A stretch of 64,000 nt of DNA. Origin: Candidatus Hydrogenedentota bacterium (GTDB lineage Bacteria; Hydrogenedentota; Hydrogenedentia; Hydrogenedentales; SLHB01). The notes under the pieces were generated by a model. That model did not search any database, had not been told where the DNA came from, and saw nothing but the letters and a program-made list of their open reading frames with translations. The stretch covers positions 544,001 to 608,000 of the forward strand of contig CAXXYE010000004.1 of NCBI GenBank assembly GCA_963674865.2. The letters are read 5' to 3'. The first letter of the stretch is position 1; the number at the start of each line of letters is the position of its first letter. Position numbers and translations under genes: made by a program. Below are positions 36,361-45,002 of this stretch, in pieces.

Positions 36361-38358
36361 ATGGACAACGAAGCGACCCCAACCAGCGACAAATCATCCG
36401 ACAAACCGGCCCTCACCACAAACGCACAGCGCAAACATGGGGAGGGGGCGACATCGCCGCCGCCCGCCCCCAAAGGCCGCCCCCAAGGCGCCCCGAGTCC
36501 CCGCGTCTGCCTCGGCCCCGTCGCCGACCTCGAACGCCATCTACCGGCCGATTGGTGGCGAACCTTGTTCAACTCCCTCTACTTAAAGACCGACGGTGAC
36601 GTCGTCGAGAACCAGGAGGCCACGCGCCAGGAAATCGACACCATCGTCAAGATAGCCGGACTCGAGTCCAACGATCGCATCCTTGACCTCTGCTGCGGAC
36701 AGGGACGCCATTCTCTCGAACTCGCCCGCCGCGGATTCCGCAACGTCGTCGGCCTCGACCGCTCGCGATACCTCACCCGGTGCGCCCGGAAGCGTGCCAA
36801 GAGCGAGGCCCTGGACATCACCTTTCACGAAGGTGACGCCCGAAAGCTGCGCCGCTTCGACAAGCCCTTCCACTGCATCATGGTATTGGGCAATTCTTTC
36901 GGCTACTTCGAACAAGAGGATGAAGACGAAACCGTCCTCGCGAAGGCCTTCAACGCCCTCACCCGCTACGGAATCCTTGTGCTCGACGTGGCCGACGGCG
37001 AGTGGATGAGCCGCAACTTCGAGGCACGCTCCTGGGAGTGGATCGACCAGAACTACTTTGTCTGCCGCGAACGCAGCCTCGGGCGCGATGAGCGGCAACT
37101 CATCACCCGCGAAGTGATCACCCACGCCGAGAAAGGCGTCGTGGCCGATCAGTTCTACGCGGAGCGGCTCTACTCGGCCGACGACCTGCGCCGGCTGCTC
37201 GAAGAAGTCGGCTTCCAGGATATTCGCTTCCACGACGCCATCGAGACAAAGTCCGCAAGAGGCCAAGACTTGGGCATGCTGGCCCACCGCCTCCTCGTCA
37301 CGGCCCGCACGCCCGCGCGCCCCGTCGCCGCCGCGAGCCAGGCCCTGCCTTATCCCAAAGTCACCGTCCTGCTCGGCGACCCCAACCTCCCCGACACCAT
37401 CAAACTTGGCGGCCACTTCAACGCCGAAGACATGGAAACCATCGACAGAATGCGCCGCGGCCTCGCCGAACTCGACGACTACGAATTCACCTTCGTCGAC
37501 CACCACGAGAATCTGATCCGGAGGCTCGTGGCAGATCCGCCCGAGTTCGTATTCAACCTCTGCGACGAAGGTTTTGAGAACGATGCCTTCAAAGAGCTGC
37601 ACATCCCGGCGGTTCTCGAGATGATCGGCGTGCCCTACACGGGCGCCGGCCCCGCTTGCCTCGGCCTCTGCTACAACAAGGGACTCGTGCGCGCAATCAC
37701 CCAGTCCCTCGATATCCCCGTGCCCATGGAGTCCTACTGCGGCCCGGATGAAAGCATCGTCACCCTGCCCTGCACCTTCCCCGCCTTAGTCAAACCCAAC
37801 TTCGGCGACTCCAGCGTAGGCATCACCAAGGACGCCGTCGTCCACGACACCGCCCAACTCGTCAAGTACGTTGATGGACTCCGGAGAGACCTCGGCCCCT
37901 GCCCCATACTCGTCCAGGAATTCCTCACGGGGCCGGAATACTCCGTCGGCATCCTCGGAAATCCCGGAATGACGTACAACGTGCTCCCCATTCTCGAGGT
38001 CGACTACTCCCGGCTCGACCCCGCGCTGCCCCACATTCTCGGCTACGAGTCCAAATGGATTCCCGGCTCGCCCTGGTGGGACCTCGTGCAATACAAACAA
38101 GCCGACGTCGACGGCGAAACGGCCCGCGTCCTAAGCGATCACTCCAACCTGCTATTCGAACGATTCGGCTGCAGAGACTACGCCCGCTTCGACTTCCGAA
38201 CCGACGGCGAAGGCGTTATCAAGCTCCTCGAAGTCAATCCCAATCCCGGCTGGTGCTGGGACGGCAAAATGAACATCATGGCCGGCCTCCAAGGCATGCG
38301 CTACGCCGAACTCCTAGACATGATCCTCAAAGCCGCCCAAGAACGCGAGTCCGTCTGA
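36361..38358 (+). CDS. Class I SAM methyltransferase fused to a D-Ala-D-Ala-ligase-like ATP-grasp domain
   Basis: ILDLCCGQGRH, GNSFGYF; VFNLCDEG, GVPYTGAG, LVKP...SSVGI, RDYARFDFR, LEVNPNPG. Confidence 0.88.
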   Translation: MDNEATPTSDKSSDKPALTTNAQRKHGEGATSPPPAPKGRPQGAPSPRVCLGPVADLERHLPADWWRTLFNSLYLKTDGDVVENQEATRQEIDTIVKIAGLESNDRILDLCCGQGRHSLELARRGFRNVVGLDRSRYLTRCARKRAKSEALDITFHEGDARKLRRFDKPFHCIMVLGNSFGYFEQEDEDETVLAKAFNALTRYGILVLDVADGEWMSRNFEARSWEWIDQNYFVCRERSLGRDERQLITREVITHAEKGVVADQFYAERLYSADDLRRLLEEVGFQDIRFHDAIETKSARGQDLGMLAHRLLVTARTPARPVAAASQALPYPKVTVLLGDPNLPDTIKLGGHFNAEDMETIDRMRRGLAELDDYEFTFVDHHENLIRRLVADPPEFVFNLCDEGFENDAFKELHIPAVLEMIGVPYTGAGPACLGLCYNKGLVRAITQSLDIPVPMESYCGPDESIVTLPCTFPALVKPNFGDSSVGITKDAVVHDTAQLVKYVDGLRRDLGPCPILVQEFLTGPEYSVGILGNPGMTYNVLPILEVDYSRLDPALPHILGYESKWIPGSPWWDLVQYKQADVDGETARVLSDHSNLLFERFGCRDYARFDFRTDGEGVIKLLEVNPNPGWCWDGKMNIMAGLQGMRYAELLDMILKAAQERESV

Positions 38359-38374
38359 CGCCTGCCGGAGGGCG

Positions 38375-38730
38375 GAAGACGGGGACCGACACAAGCGAAG
38401 CGAAGCGGAGACGTGTCTATCCCTGCTTTCCGGACCTCGACATCACCGCGACACCAACAGCCTGCACCAAGACTTCGCGCGCTTTCTCCGCGTTCCTCTG
38501 CGTCCTCAGCGCCTCCGCGTTCAGATAAGCCCCCAGGCTGGCCAGTAACCTGATCCGCGCGCATCTTGCCCACCTTCCCGGCCCGTGGGCTATGGTATCC
38601 TTCAAGCAACGCGGCGAGCGGGGGAGAGGCCACCATACCGCACGGCACACCATCTACCACCTGCCTGACTCCACTTGCTCATTCCCATCCGTGTGTTGAC
38701 ATCGGTGTTCACCTGTCTCCATCGGTGGCT
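38375..38730. repeat. REP-A plus CTCCGCG-type and CATCGGTG-type periodic arms
   Basis: GGGGACCGACACAAGCG...GACGTGTCTATCCC; CTCCGCGTTCCTCTGCGTCCTCAGCGCCTCCGCGTTC; CATCCGTG...CATCGGTGTTC...CATCGGTGG. Confidence 0.7.
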
Positions 38731-38754
38731 CTTCCCGCTCCCTCTGCGCTTCGC

Positions 38755-38783
38755 TTGACAGCCCCCGCCGCCAGGCCCACAAT
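38755..38783 (+). promoter_or_regulatory. Sigma70-type promoter of the SDR gene
   Basis: TTGACA-17 bp-CACAAT. Confidence 0.55.
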
Positions 38784-38854
38784 AACCACACGCGGGGAAA
38801 TCCATGAAACTCACGTAGGAAGGGGCCGGCGAACCTTAACCGGCAACCAATGAC

Positions 38855-39625
38855 ATGAACAAGACACGTCTATCCGGTAAGAAAGCCATCGTCACCGGCG
38901 CCGCAAGCGGCATCGGACGCGAAATCGCACGCCTGTTCGCCGACGAGGGCGCCCGCGTCATCGCCGCCGACATAGACGAAGACGGCCTCGAAGGAACCTG
39001 CGTCGGCCGCAGTGGCATCCAGCCCTTGAACCTGGACGTCAGCGACACAGACAGTGTGAAAACGGGCTTCGAGGCCGCGTGCGCCCAATGGCAGGGACTC
39101 GACATCCTCGTCTGCGCCGCAGGCACCGTGGGCAGTAAGTTCGGCGACGGCCCCGCGGGCGAGTGCGCCGAAGAAGGCTGGGATCACGTGATGAACGTCA
39201 ACCTGAAAGGCGTATGGCGCTGCTGCCGCTACGCCATCCCGGCCATGCTCGACAACGACGGCGGCAGCATCGTCACCATCAGCTCCGTCACCGCGCTCCG
39301 CCCGCCCGATGACTTCTTCCGCTCCCACGCCTACATGACAAGCAAAGGCGGCGTGATCACCCTCACGAAATGCATCGCCGCGTACTACGGCCGCCGGGGC
39401 ATCCGCGCCAACGCCATCGCCCCCGGCATGATCGATACCCCCATGAGCATGCGGATGCAAGGCATTCCCGAGATCATGGCCTATCTCGACGACCGCCAGC
39501 CCTTGGGCAAGCTCGGCGCGCCCGCCGATCCCGCCGCCGCCGCCCTCTTCCTGGCAAGCGACGAATCCCGCTTCATCACCGGCGTCGTCCTGCCCGTGGA
39601 CGGCGGATGGAGCAACCATGGGTAG
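38855..39625 (+). CDS. Short-chain dehydrogenase/reductase
   Basis: TGAASGIG, YMTSK, NAIAPG, VDGG. Confidence 0.95.
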   Translation: MNKTRLSGKKAIVTGAASGIGREIARLFADEGARVIAADIDEDGLEGTCVGRSGIQPLNLDVSDTDSVKTGFEAACAQWQGLDILVCAAGTVGSKFGDGPAGECAEEGWDHVMNVNLKGVWRCCRYAIPAMLDNDGGSIVTISSVTALRPPDDFFRSHAYMTSKGGVITLTKCIAAYYGRRGIRANAIAPGMIDTPMSMRMQGIPEIMAYLDDRQPLGKLGAPADPAAAALFLASDESRFITGVVLPVDGGWSNHG

Positions 39626-39819
39626 GCCGAGCAACCGAACCCTACCGCAACTCGCCACGCCCTTCAATCCATCCTGCAAATCATGTTAATCCTGTCACAA
39701 AAAGCGCCGCTTTTCGGCACGGGCCGTCTTGATCCGACTACCGCCTGACTCTACAATCGCCCATAATCTGGCCGCGCCTCTTGCGGGCTCGTCCACACGG
39801 TAGCTACCAGGGGAAAACT

Positions 39820-41556
39820 ATGATCACTCGACGCGATTTCATGAAAGAGGTGTTGGCCGGCAGTGCGCTTGCCCTTGCGGCGCCGGCGACGGGATGCGCT
39901 ACACGAGGCAGTTCGACGGGAGCGCGGCCCAACATCCTGTTCATCATGGCTGACGATCAGGCGGCATGGGCGTGGGGACAGGGCGGACATCTCAATGCAC
40001 AAACGCCCAACCTCGACCGCCTGCGGGGCGAAGGTGCCTACCTCACCAATTACTTCGCCTCATGTCCCGTGTGCAGTCCCTCGCGCGCGTCTATGTTGAG
40101 CAGCCGCTACGGCACCGAGGTCGGGATAGTCGACTTTCTCAGCGCCGGCCGCACCCCCAACGTCGGGCTCGACCCCGACCTCCCAACGTGGCCCAGTCTG
40201 CTCGATCAAGCCGGCTACGACACCGCCCTTTTCGGGAAATGGCACGTGGGCGGCCTGGATAAGTACCTGCCCCAGCGCTTCGGCTACGACCTCTTCAAAG
40301 GCTGGCGGTGCGGCGCAGGCATCTCGAAGGATCCACTCGTCGAAATCGACGGTGAAGAACGCCGCGTCGAAGGCTATACGCCCGATATCATCGCCGACTA
40401 CGCCATCGATTATCTCGAAGCGGAGCACGCACACCCCTTTGCCCTCTCGGTGCACTTCTTCGCCCCGCACGCCAACACGGAGAACAGCACGGCCGACGGC
40501 GACCGCACATGGCTGCCGTTGAACGATACGGACTGGAAGCCCTTTGAGAATCTCGACCCGTCCTTTCCGCAGCCGCAGCATCCGAAGCTCGACATCCCGC
40601 GCGCCACGCGCATGACACGCGAATACCTCGCCAGCGTCCACGCGCTCGACCGCAACGTCGGCCGCGTGCTCGATGCCCTGGAACGTCAGGGCCTCGCGGA
40701 GAACACCATCGTGGTGTTCGTATCCGACCACGGATACAACATGACCCACCACGGCGTCTGGCACAAGGGCAGCGGCCGCTGGCTGCTCACCGACAATCAG
40801 GGCAGCCGCCCCAACCTGTGGGACACCTCCCTGCGTGCGCCGGCTTTCGTGCGTTGGCCCGGCAAGGTTGTCCCAGGCGCAACCATCACACAGACCACCT
40901 CGAACCTTGACTGGATGCCCACGTTGCTGGCCATGGCTGGCGTGTCCCTTCCGCCCGGCGCCGTCGTGCGCGGCCGCAACATGGTGCCCCTGCTGCGAGG
41001 AAGGTCGCCCCAGTGGAACAACGACTTCTTCGCCCAGTACGTCGAATGGGAATGCCGCAAAACGGACGTGAACATGCGTGCCTATCGCACGCCCGAATGG
41101 AAGCTTATCCGCGATCTGAACCGTCAGGGCATGGATGAGCTCTACCACCTTGCCGACGATCCCAAGGAGTTGGTGAATCTCATCGATTCTACCGATCCCG
41201 AAACGATGCGCATACGCGGTGCATTAGAAAACAGCTCCGGCGAGCCATGCAGGCCATCGGCGACGACGGCTCCCGGCCAATGTAGCTCCAAGAAGCGCGT
41301 CCCCGCCCGCGCAGGGCGCCTCAGGGCATGGATGAGCTCTACGCACCTTGCCGACGATCCCAAGACCACCTCGAACCTTGACTGGATGCCCACGTTGCTG
41401 GCCAGTTGGTGTGCGCGGCCGCAAATCTCATCGATTCTACCGATCCCGAAACGATGCGCATACGCGGATCTGAACCGTCAGGGCATGGATGCATTAGAAA
41501 ACAGGCTCCGGCGAGCCATGCAGGCCATCGGCGACGACGGCTCCCGGCCAATGTAG
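39820..41556 (+). CDS. Tat-exported Cys-type sulfatase; 3' end corrupted (true stop probably 41283-41285)
   Basis: TRRDFMK, NILFIMADD, CSPSRAS, GKWH, SDHG; 1-nt deletion near 41234 followed by scrambled repeats. Confidence 0.85.
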   Translation: MITRRDFMKEVLAGSALALAAPATGCATRGSSTGARPNILFIMADDQAAWAWGQGGHLNAQTPNLDRLRGEGAYLTNYFASCPVCSPSRASMLSSRYGTEVGIVDFLSAGRTPNVGLDPDLPTWPSLLDQAGYDTALFGKWHVGGLDKYLPQRFGYDLFKGWRCGAGISKDPLVEIDGEERRVEGYTPDIIADYAIDYLEAEHAHPFALSVHFFAPHANTENSTADGDRTWLPLNDTDWKPFENLDPSFPQPQHPKLDIPRATRMTREYLASVHALDRNVGRVLDALERQGLAENTIVVFVSDHGYNMTHHGVWHKGSGRWLLTDNQGSRPNLWDTSLRAPAFVRWPGKVVPGATITQTTSNLDWMPTLLAMAGVSLPPGAVVRGRNMVPLLRGRSPQWNNDFFAQYVEWECRKTDVNMRAYRTPEWKLIRDLNRQGMDELYHLADDPKELVNLIDSTDPETMRIRGALENSSGEPCRPSATTAPGQCSSKKRVPARAGRLRAWMSSTHLADDPKTTSNLDWMPTLLASWCARPQISSILPIPKRCAYADLNRQGMDALENRLRRAMQAIGDDGSRPM

Positions 41557-41594
41557 CTCCAAGAAGCGCGTCCCCGCCCGCGCAGGGCGCCTCA
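41220..41594 (+). other. Duplicated and scrambled mosaic of sulfatase 3' fragments (likely assembly artefact)
   Basis: 41220-41323 recurs at 41490-41594; the intervening sequence is stitched from pieces of 40894-41219. Confidence 0.8.
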
Positions 41595-41698
41595 CACAGC
41601 CGCTCCGGGGATGTTTTGCTTGATTATGGCCGGAGAGCGGGCTGGTGATGAACGATTGGGCTTTGCCATTTCGGCGCCCGCGAATCCTTGGACGGTGT

Positions 41699-41764
41699 GC
41701 ACAAGATGTACAAGAATTGCTCGATTTCCTCTCCCAATCCTGCAAATCCTGTCAATCCTGTCCA
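41699..41764. repeat. Gene-less ACAGGAT/ATCCTGT-family hairpin
   Basis: ACAAGATGTACAAGAAT...AATCCTGCAAATCCTGTCAATCCTGTCC. Confidence 0.75.
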
Positions 41765-41820
41765 TGAAAAGCTCTCAATAGAGAGCATGTTCATCAAGAA
41801 ACTCATCAAGGGAGGGCCTC

Positions 41821-42339
41821 ATGGCAATTGAAATCATCGTCTGCGAGCCCTTGAAGCAAGGCGAACTCTACGCATTCTACAAGCGCAACAACATATGCGA
41901 AGAAGGCTACGGCGAGGAAACGTCCGAACTCCCCCTCAAGCACGAAGGCGTATGGATAACCGCCTACGATGACGGCGAACTCATCGGTTTCGCTCGCGCT
42001 CTCTACGACGGCCTACACGGCATGATCATGGAAGTCGATTTGGACCTCAGATTCCAGAGCCGGAACGATTTCTACAACGGCTGCTTCATCGAAACCGACC
42101 CCCACGGCATCGCCAAGAACATGGCCACGGCGCTCCTCAAGGAACTGCGGAGAAGAGGCTGCCATTACTTCTCCAGCATTGTCTACCAAGACTCTTTAGA
42201 GAAGGACTTCTTCCGCTCCCTCGGATTTCGTGAAAACACGGGACACGTAGACTACACCATCGACGCCCGCCCCTACGTCCCCGGCGGCCTCGAGAGGGGC
42301 AAGCAGATTGACGCCGAAGAAGGAGGCAGACTTTGTTAG
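41821..42339 (+). CDS. GNAT-fold acetyltransferase
   Basis: AYDDGELIGFARA, FFRSLGF; AGGGAGG RBS. Confidence 0.75.
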   Translation: MAIEIIVCEPLKQGELYAFYKRNNICEEGYGEETSELPLKHEGVWITAYDDGELIGFARALYDGLHGMIMEVDLDLRFQSRNDFYNGCFIETDPHGIAKNMATALLKELRRRGCHYFSSIVYQDSLEKDFFRSLGFRENTGHVDYTIDARPYVPGGLERGKQIDAEEGGRLC

Positions 42340-43061
42340 CCAGTCAGCAGGACGGATTCGGCCACGCCCTATATGACTTCCACATAGGCAAGGGCTCCTA
42401 CGAAGTCGATGAACGAGACGACGGCTTTGTCGCGCCCTCCGACGGGCCACCAGCCTACTTCGCGTCGTACGAGGATTGGCCCGAACACCAGCGACAGGCC
42501 ATCGCCCTGGCTGCGGGCAAGATCCTCGACGTCGGCTGCGGGGCGGGCCGCGTCGCGCTACACCTCCAGGAGAAAGGGCTGGACGTTCTCGGCATCGACA
42601 CCTCCCCACTGGCCGTCAAAGTCTGCCGCTTGCGCGGCCTCAAGAAGGCTCGAGTCATGTCCATCACGGAACTCACCTGCAAGCTTGGGACCTTCGACAC
42701 CGTCCTCATGTACGGCAACAACTTCGGCCTGTTCGGCAGCTTCAAACGCGCACGGTGGCTTCTCAGGCGATTCCATGCCATGACGAGCGACCGCGCCCGC
42801 ATCATCGCCGAGACGACCGACCCTTACGACACCAAACAGCCGTGTCATCTCGCCTACCAGCGGCGCAACCGCAAGCGCGGCCGTATGTCCGGGCAACTCC
42901 GCATCCGCATCCGCTACCAGACTTACGCCACGCCTTGGTTCGACTACCTCCTCGCCTCGAAAGATGAGGTGCGCGCGATCCTCGACGGCACCGGCTGGCG
43001 CGTGGAACGCTTCATCGATGGCAACGGCCCCCACTACATCGCGATCATCGAGAAGATATAG
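42333..43061 (+). CDS. Class I SAM-dependent methyltransferase
   Basis: ILDVGCGAGR, FDTVLMYGNNFG; TTG start with AGGAGG RBS. Confidence 0.9.
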   Translation: MLASQQDGFGHALYDFHIGKGSYEVDERDDGFVAPSDGPPAYFASYEDWPEHQRQAIALAAGKILDVGCGAGRVALHLQEKGLDVLGIDTSPLAVKVCRLRGLKKARVMSITELTCKLGTFDTVLMYGNNFGLFGSFKRARWLLRRFHAMTSDRARIIAETTDPYDTKQPCHLAYQRRNRKRGRMSGQLRIRIRYQTYATPWFDYLLASKDEVRAILDGTGWRVERFIDGNGPHYIAIIEKI

Positions 43062-43073
43062 GAGAAGAAGGCA

Positions 43074-43919
43074 TTGCTCGACGAAATCGCGCGACACAAC
43101 AAGGAACGCTGGGAGCAGTTGGCTCAGGCGAACATCGCCTATTCGCGCCCCGCGCTCGACCTGGACGAGACCTCCGCCCGCGCCATGGTGGATCCCGAAG
43201 ACATGATGGGGGACGCGGCAGTAAAGGACGTGTTGTGCCTGGCGGGTGGGGGAGGGCAGCAATCCGCCGCCTTCGCGCTCCTGGGCGCCTGCGTCACCGT
43301 GCTGGATCTTTCAGAGACTCAGCTCGAGCGCGATCGCCAGGCCGCTAGCCACTATGGAACGGACGTCCGCACCATCCAGGGCGACATGCGCGACATGACA
43401 TCCCTCCAGGACAGTACCTTCGACCTCGTCTGGCACGCACACTCCCTGAACTTCGTGCCCGACGCGCGACAGGTGTACCGCGAAGTCGCGCGCGTGCTGC
43501 GGCCCGGCGGGCTGTATCGCCTGGAATGCACCAACCCGTTCATCCACGGCACCTGGGAGAAAAGCTGGGACGGCAACGGCTATCCGCTCCATTATCCCTA
43601 TCTGGACGGTGCCGAGGTCGTCGACCAAGACCCCTACTGGGACGTCGATGACGGCGCCGGCAACGTGCGTCGCGTGATCGGCCCCCATGAGTTTCGCCAC
43701 GCCCTCAGCACGCTCGTCAACGGCCTCATTGCGTGCGGATTCGTTCTCCTCGGCCTGTGGGAGGACGCCAAGGGCGACCCCGACGCGGCCCCCGGCACCT
43801 GGAGACACTTCAAGACGGTGGCCCCGCCTTGGCTCTCCTTCCGGGCACGCCTCAGTCCCGACGCCCCGCCGGCTACTCCATGTGCTGCACGCGCACCTCG
43901 ATGCCCGGCGTGTCCTTGA
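43074..43919 (+). CDS. Class I SAM-dependent methyltransferase
   Basis: VLCLAGGGGQQS, GDMRD, RVLRPGG; TTG start; overlaps the convergent gene by 47 bp. Confidence 0.88.
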   Translation: MLDEIARHNKERWEQLAQANIAYSRPALDLDETSARAMVDPEDMMGDAAVKDVLCLAGGGGQQSAAFALLGACVTVLDLSETQLERDRQAASHYGTDVRTIQGDMRDMTSLQDSTFDLVWHAHSLNFVPDARQVYREVARVLRPGGLYRLECTNPFIHGTWEKSWDGNGYPLHYPYLDGAEVVDQDPYWDVDDGAGNVRRVIGPHEFRHALSTLVNGLIACGFVLLGLWEDAKGDPDAAPGTWRHFKTVAPPWLSFRARLSPDAPPATPCAARAPRCPACP

Positions 43920-44652
43920 CGAGTTCCGCCAGTTTCGGCACATCCGTGTTGCCCGTGTGGTAGGGGTAGAGGATCTTCGGCTTGAACGACCTCGCCGCGT
44001 CCGCCGCCATCTCCGGACTCATGGTGTAAGGCAGGTTCATCGGCAGAAACGCCACGGCGATATCCTTGAGCCGCGCCATCTCGGGAATGTTCTCCGTGTC
44101 GCCCGCCACGTACACCCGCTTGTCCCCGAAGGTGATGACGTACCCATTGCCCGCGCCCTTCGGATGATACGGCTCCCCGCTCGACCGCATGTGCACCATG
44201 TTATACGCCGGCACGGCTTCAATCTTCAGCCCTTGCACCGTCTTCACATCGCCGTTCTTCATCACCACGCCGCCTTCGACCTTCTCCGCGCAGCGTTCCG
44301 TCAGCACTACTGCCGTCTTCTCCGTGCGCAGCATCTTGATCACGGCCGGATCCAAATGATCCCCGTGCTCGTGCGTGACGAGGATCAGATCCGCCTTGGG
44401 CAGCTTCGTATAATCCGCCTCCCGCGCCACGGGATCCACGTGGATGACCTTCCCCTGAAACTCGAACATCAGCGTCGCGTGTCCCACAAACGTGATCGCC
44501 AGATCGCCCGCCGTTGTCTTGATTGTGTCCCTCTCGAAGCGCGGCGCCGCCGGCCCTGCCTGCATTCCCGTCGCCCCGGAACCCTCCTCGCCCGCTGCCA
44601 ACGAGCATACCCCCGCCAACACCAACGTACACGCCAGTAACCAGATATGCAT
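43873..44652 (-). CDS. Secreted MBL-fold metallo-hydrolase (UlaG/UPF0173-like)
   Basis: GHAT, VDP, VTHEHGDHLD, AGDT, PYH. Confidence 0.9.
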   Translation of the reverse strand: MHIWLLACTLVLAGVCSLAAGEEGSGATGMQAGPAAPRFERDTIKTTAGDLAITFVGHATLMFEFQGKVIHVDPVAREADYTKLPKADLILVTHEHGDHLDPAVIKMLRTEKTAVVLTERCAEKVEGGVVMKNGDVKTVQGLKIEAVPAYNMVHMRSSGEPYHPKGAGNGYVITFGDKRVYVAGDTENIPEMARLKDIAVAFLPMNLPYTMSPEMAADAARSFKPKILYPYHTGNTDVPKLAELVKDTPGIEVRVQHME

Positions 44653-44825
44653 CCCGCGCCCCTCCTCTCATATTCCGGCCCACAGCCCCAACGAGCGCGC
44701 CACACCCTCACCTGAGAGTCTCCCGCATAGCTCAGGCGTTGTCAACCGTCTCGCAGCCAACGGACTCCCATCTGTCGAGACATCGCACAACTTCTGCAAA
44801 CACACGACGCAGATCTGCTCTCCAC

Positions 44826-44926
44826 CTCCCTGTGCTCCGTGGTGAAGATGGCAACATCAGAGAACCGCTTGCCGCACGGACACCGTCACTCCGCGCTCCT
44901 CTGCGTCCTCAGCGACTCTGCGTTCG
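44826..44926. repeat. CTCCGTG-type and CTCTGCG-type periodic arms
   Basis: CTCCCTGTGCTCCGTGG; CTCCGCGCTCCTCTGCGTCCTCAGCGACTCTGCGTTC. Confidence 0.65.
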
Positions 44927-45002
44927 AGTTCCCTCACCCCCGCGTCGGGCAAGCCTTACCCTTCGCCCCCCTCGGCTCCATCGCGCTACACCTACGATTG
45001 CG

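Noticed and set aside
36361..38358. Calling this gene ddl
   Set aside because: The canonical D-Ala-binding motifs are missing and a methyltransferase is fused.
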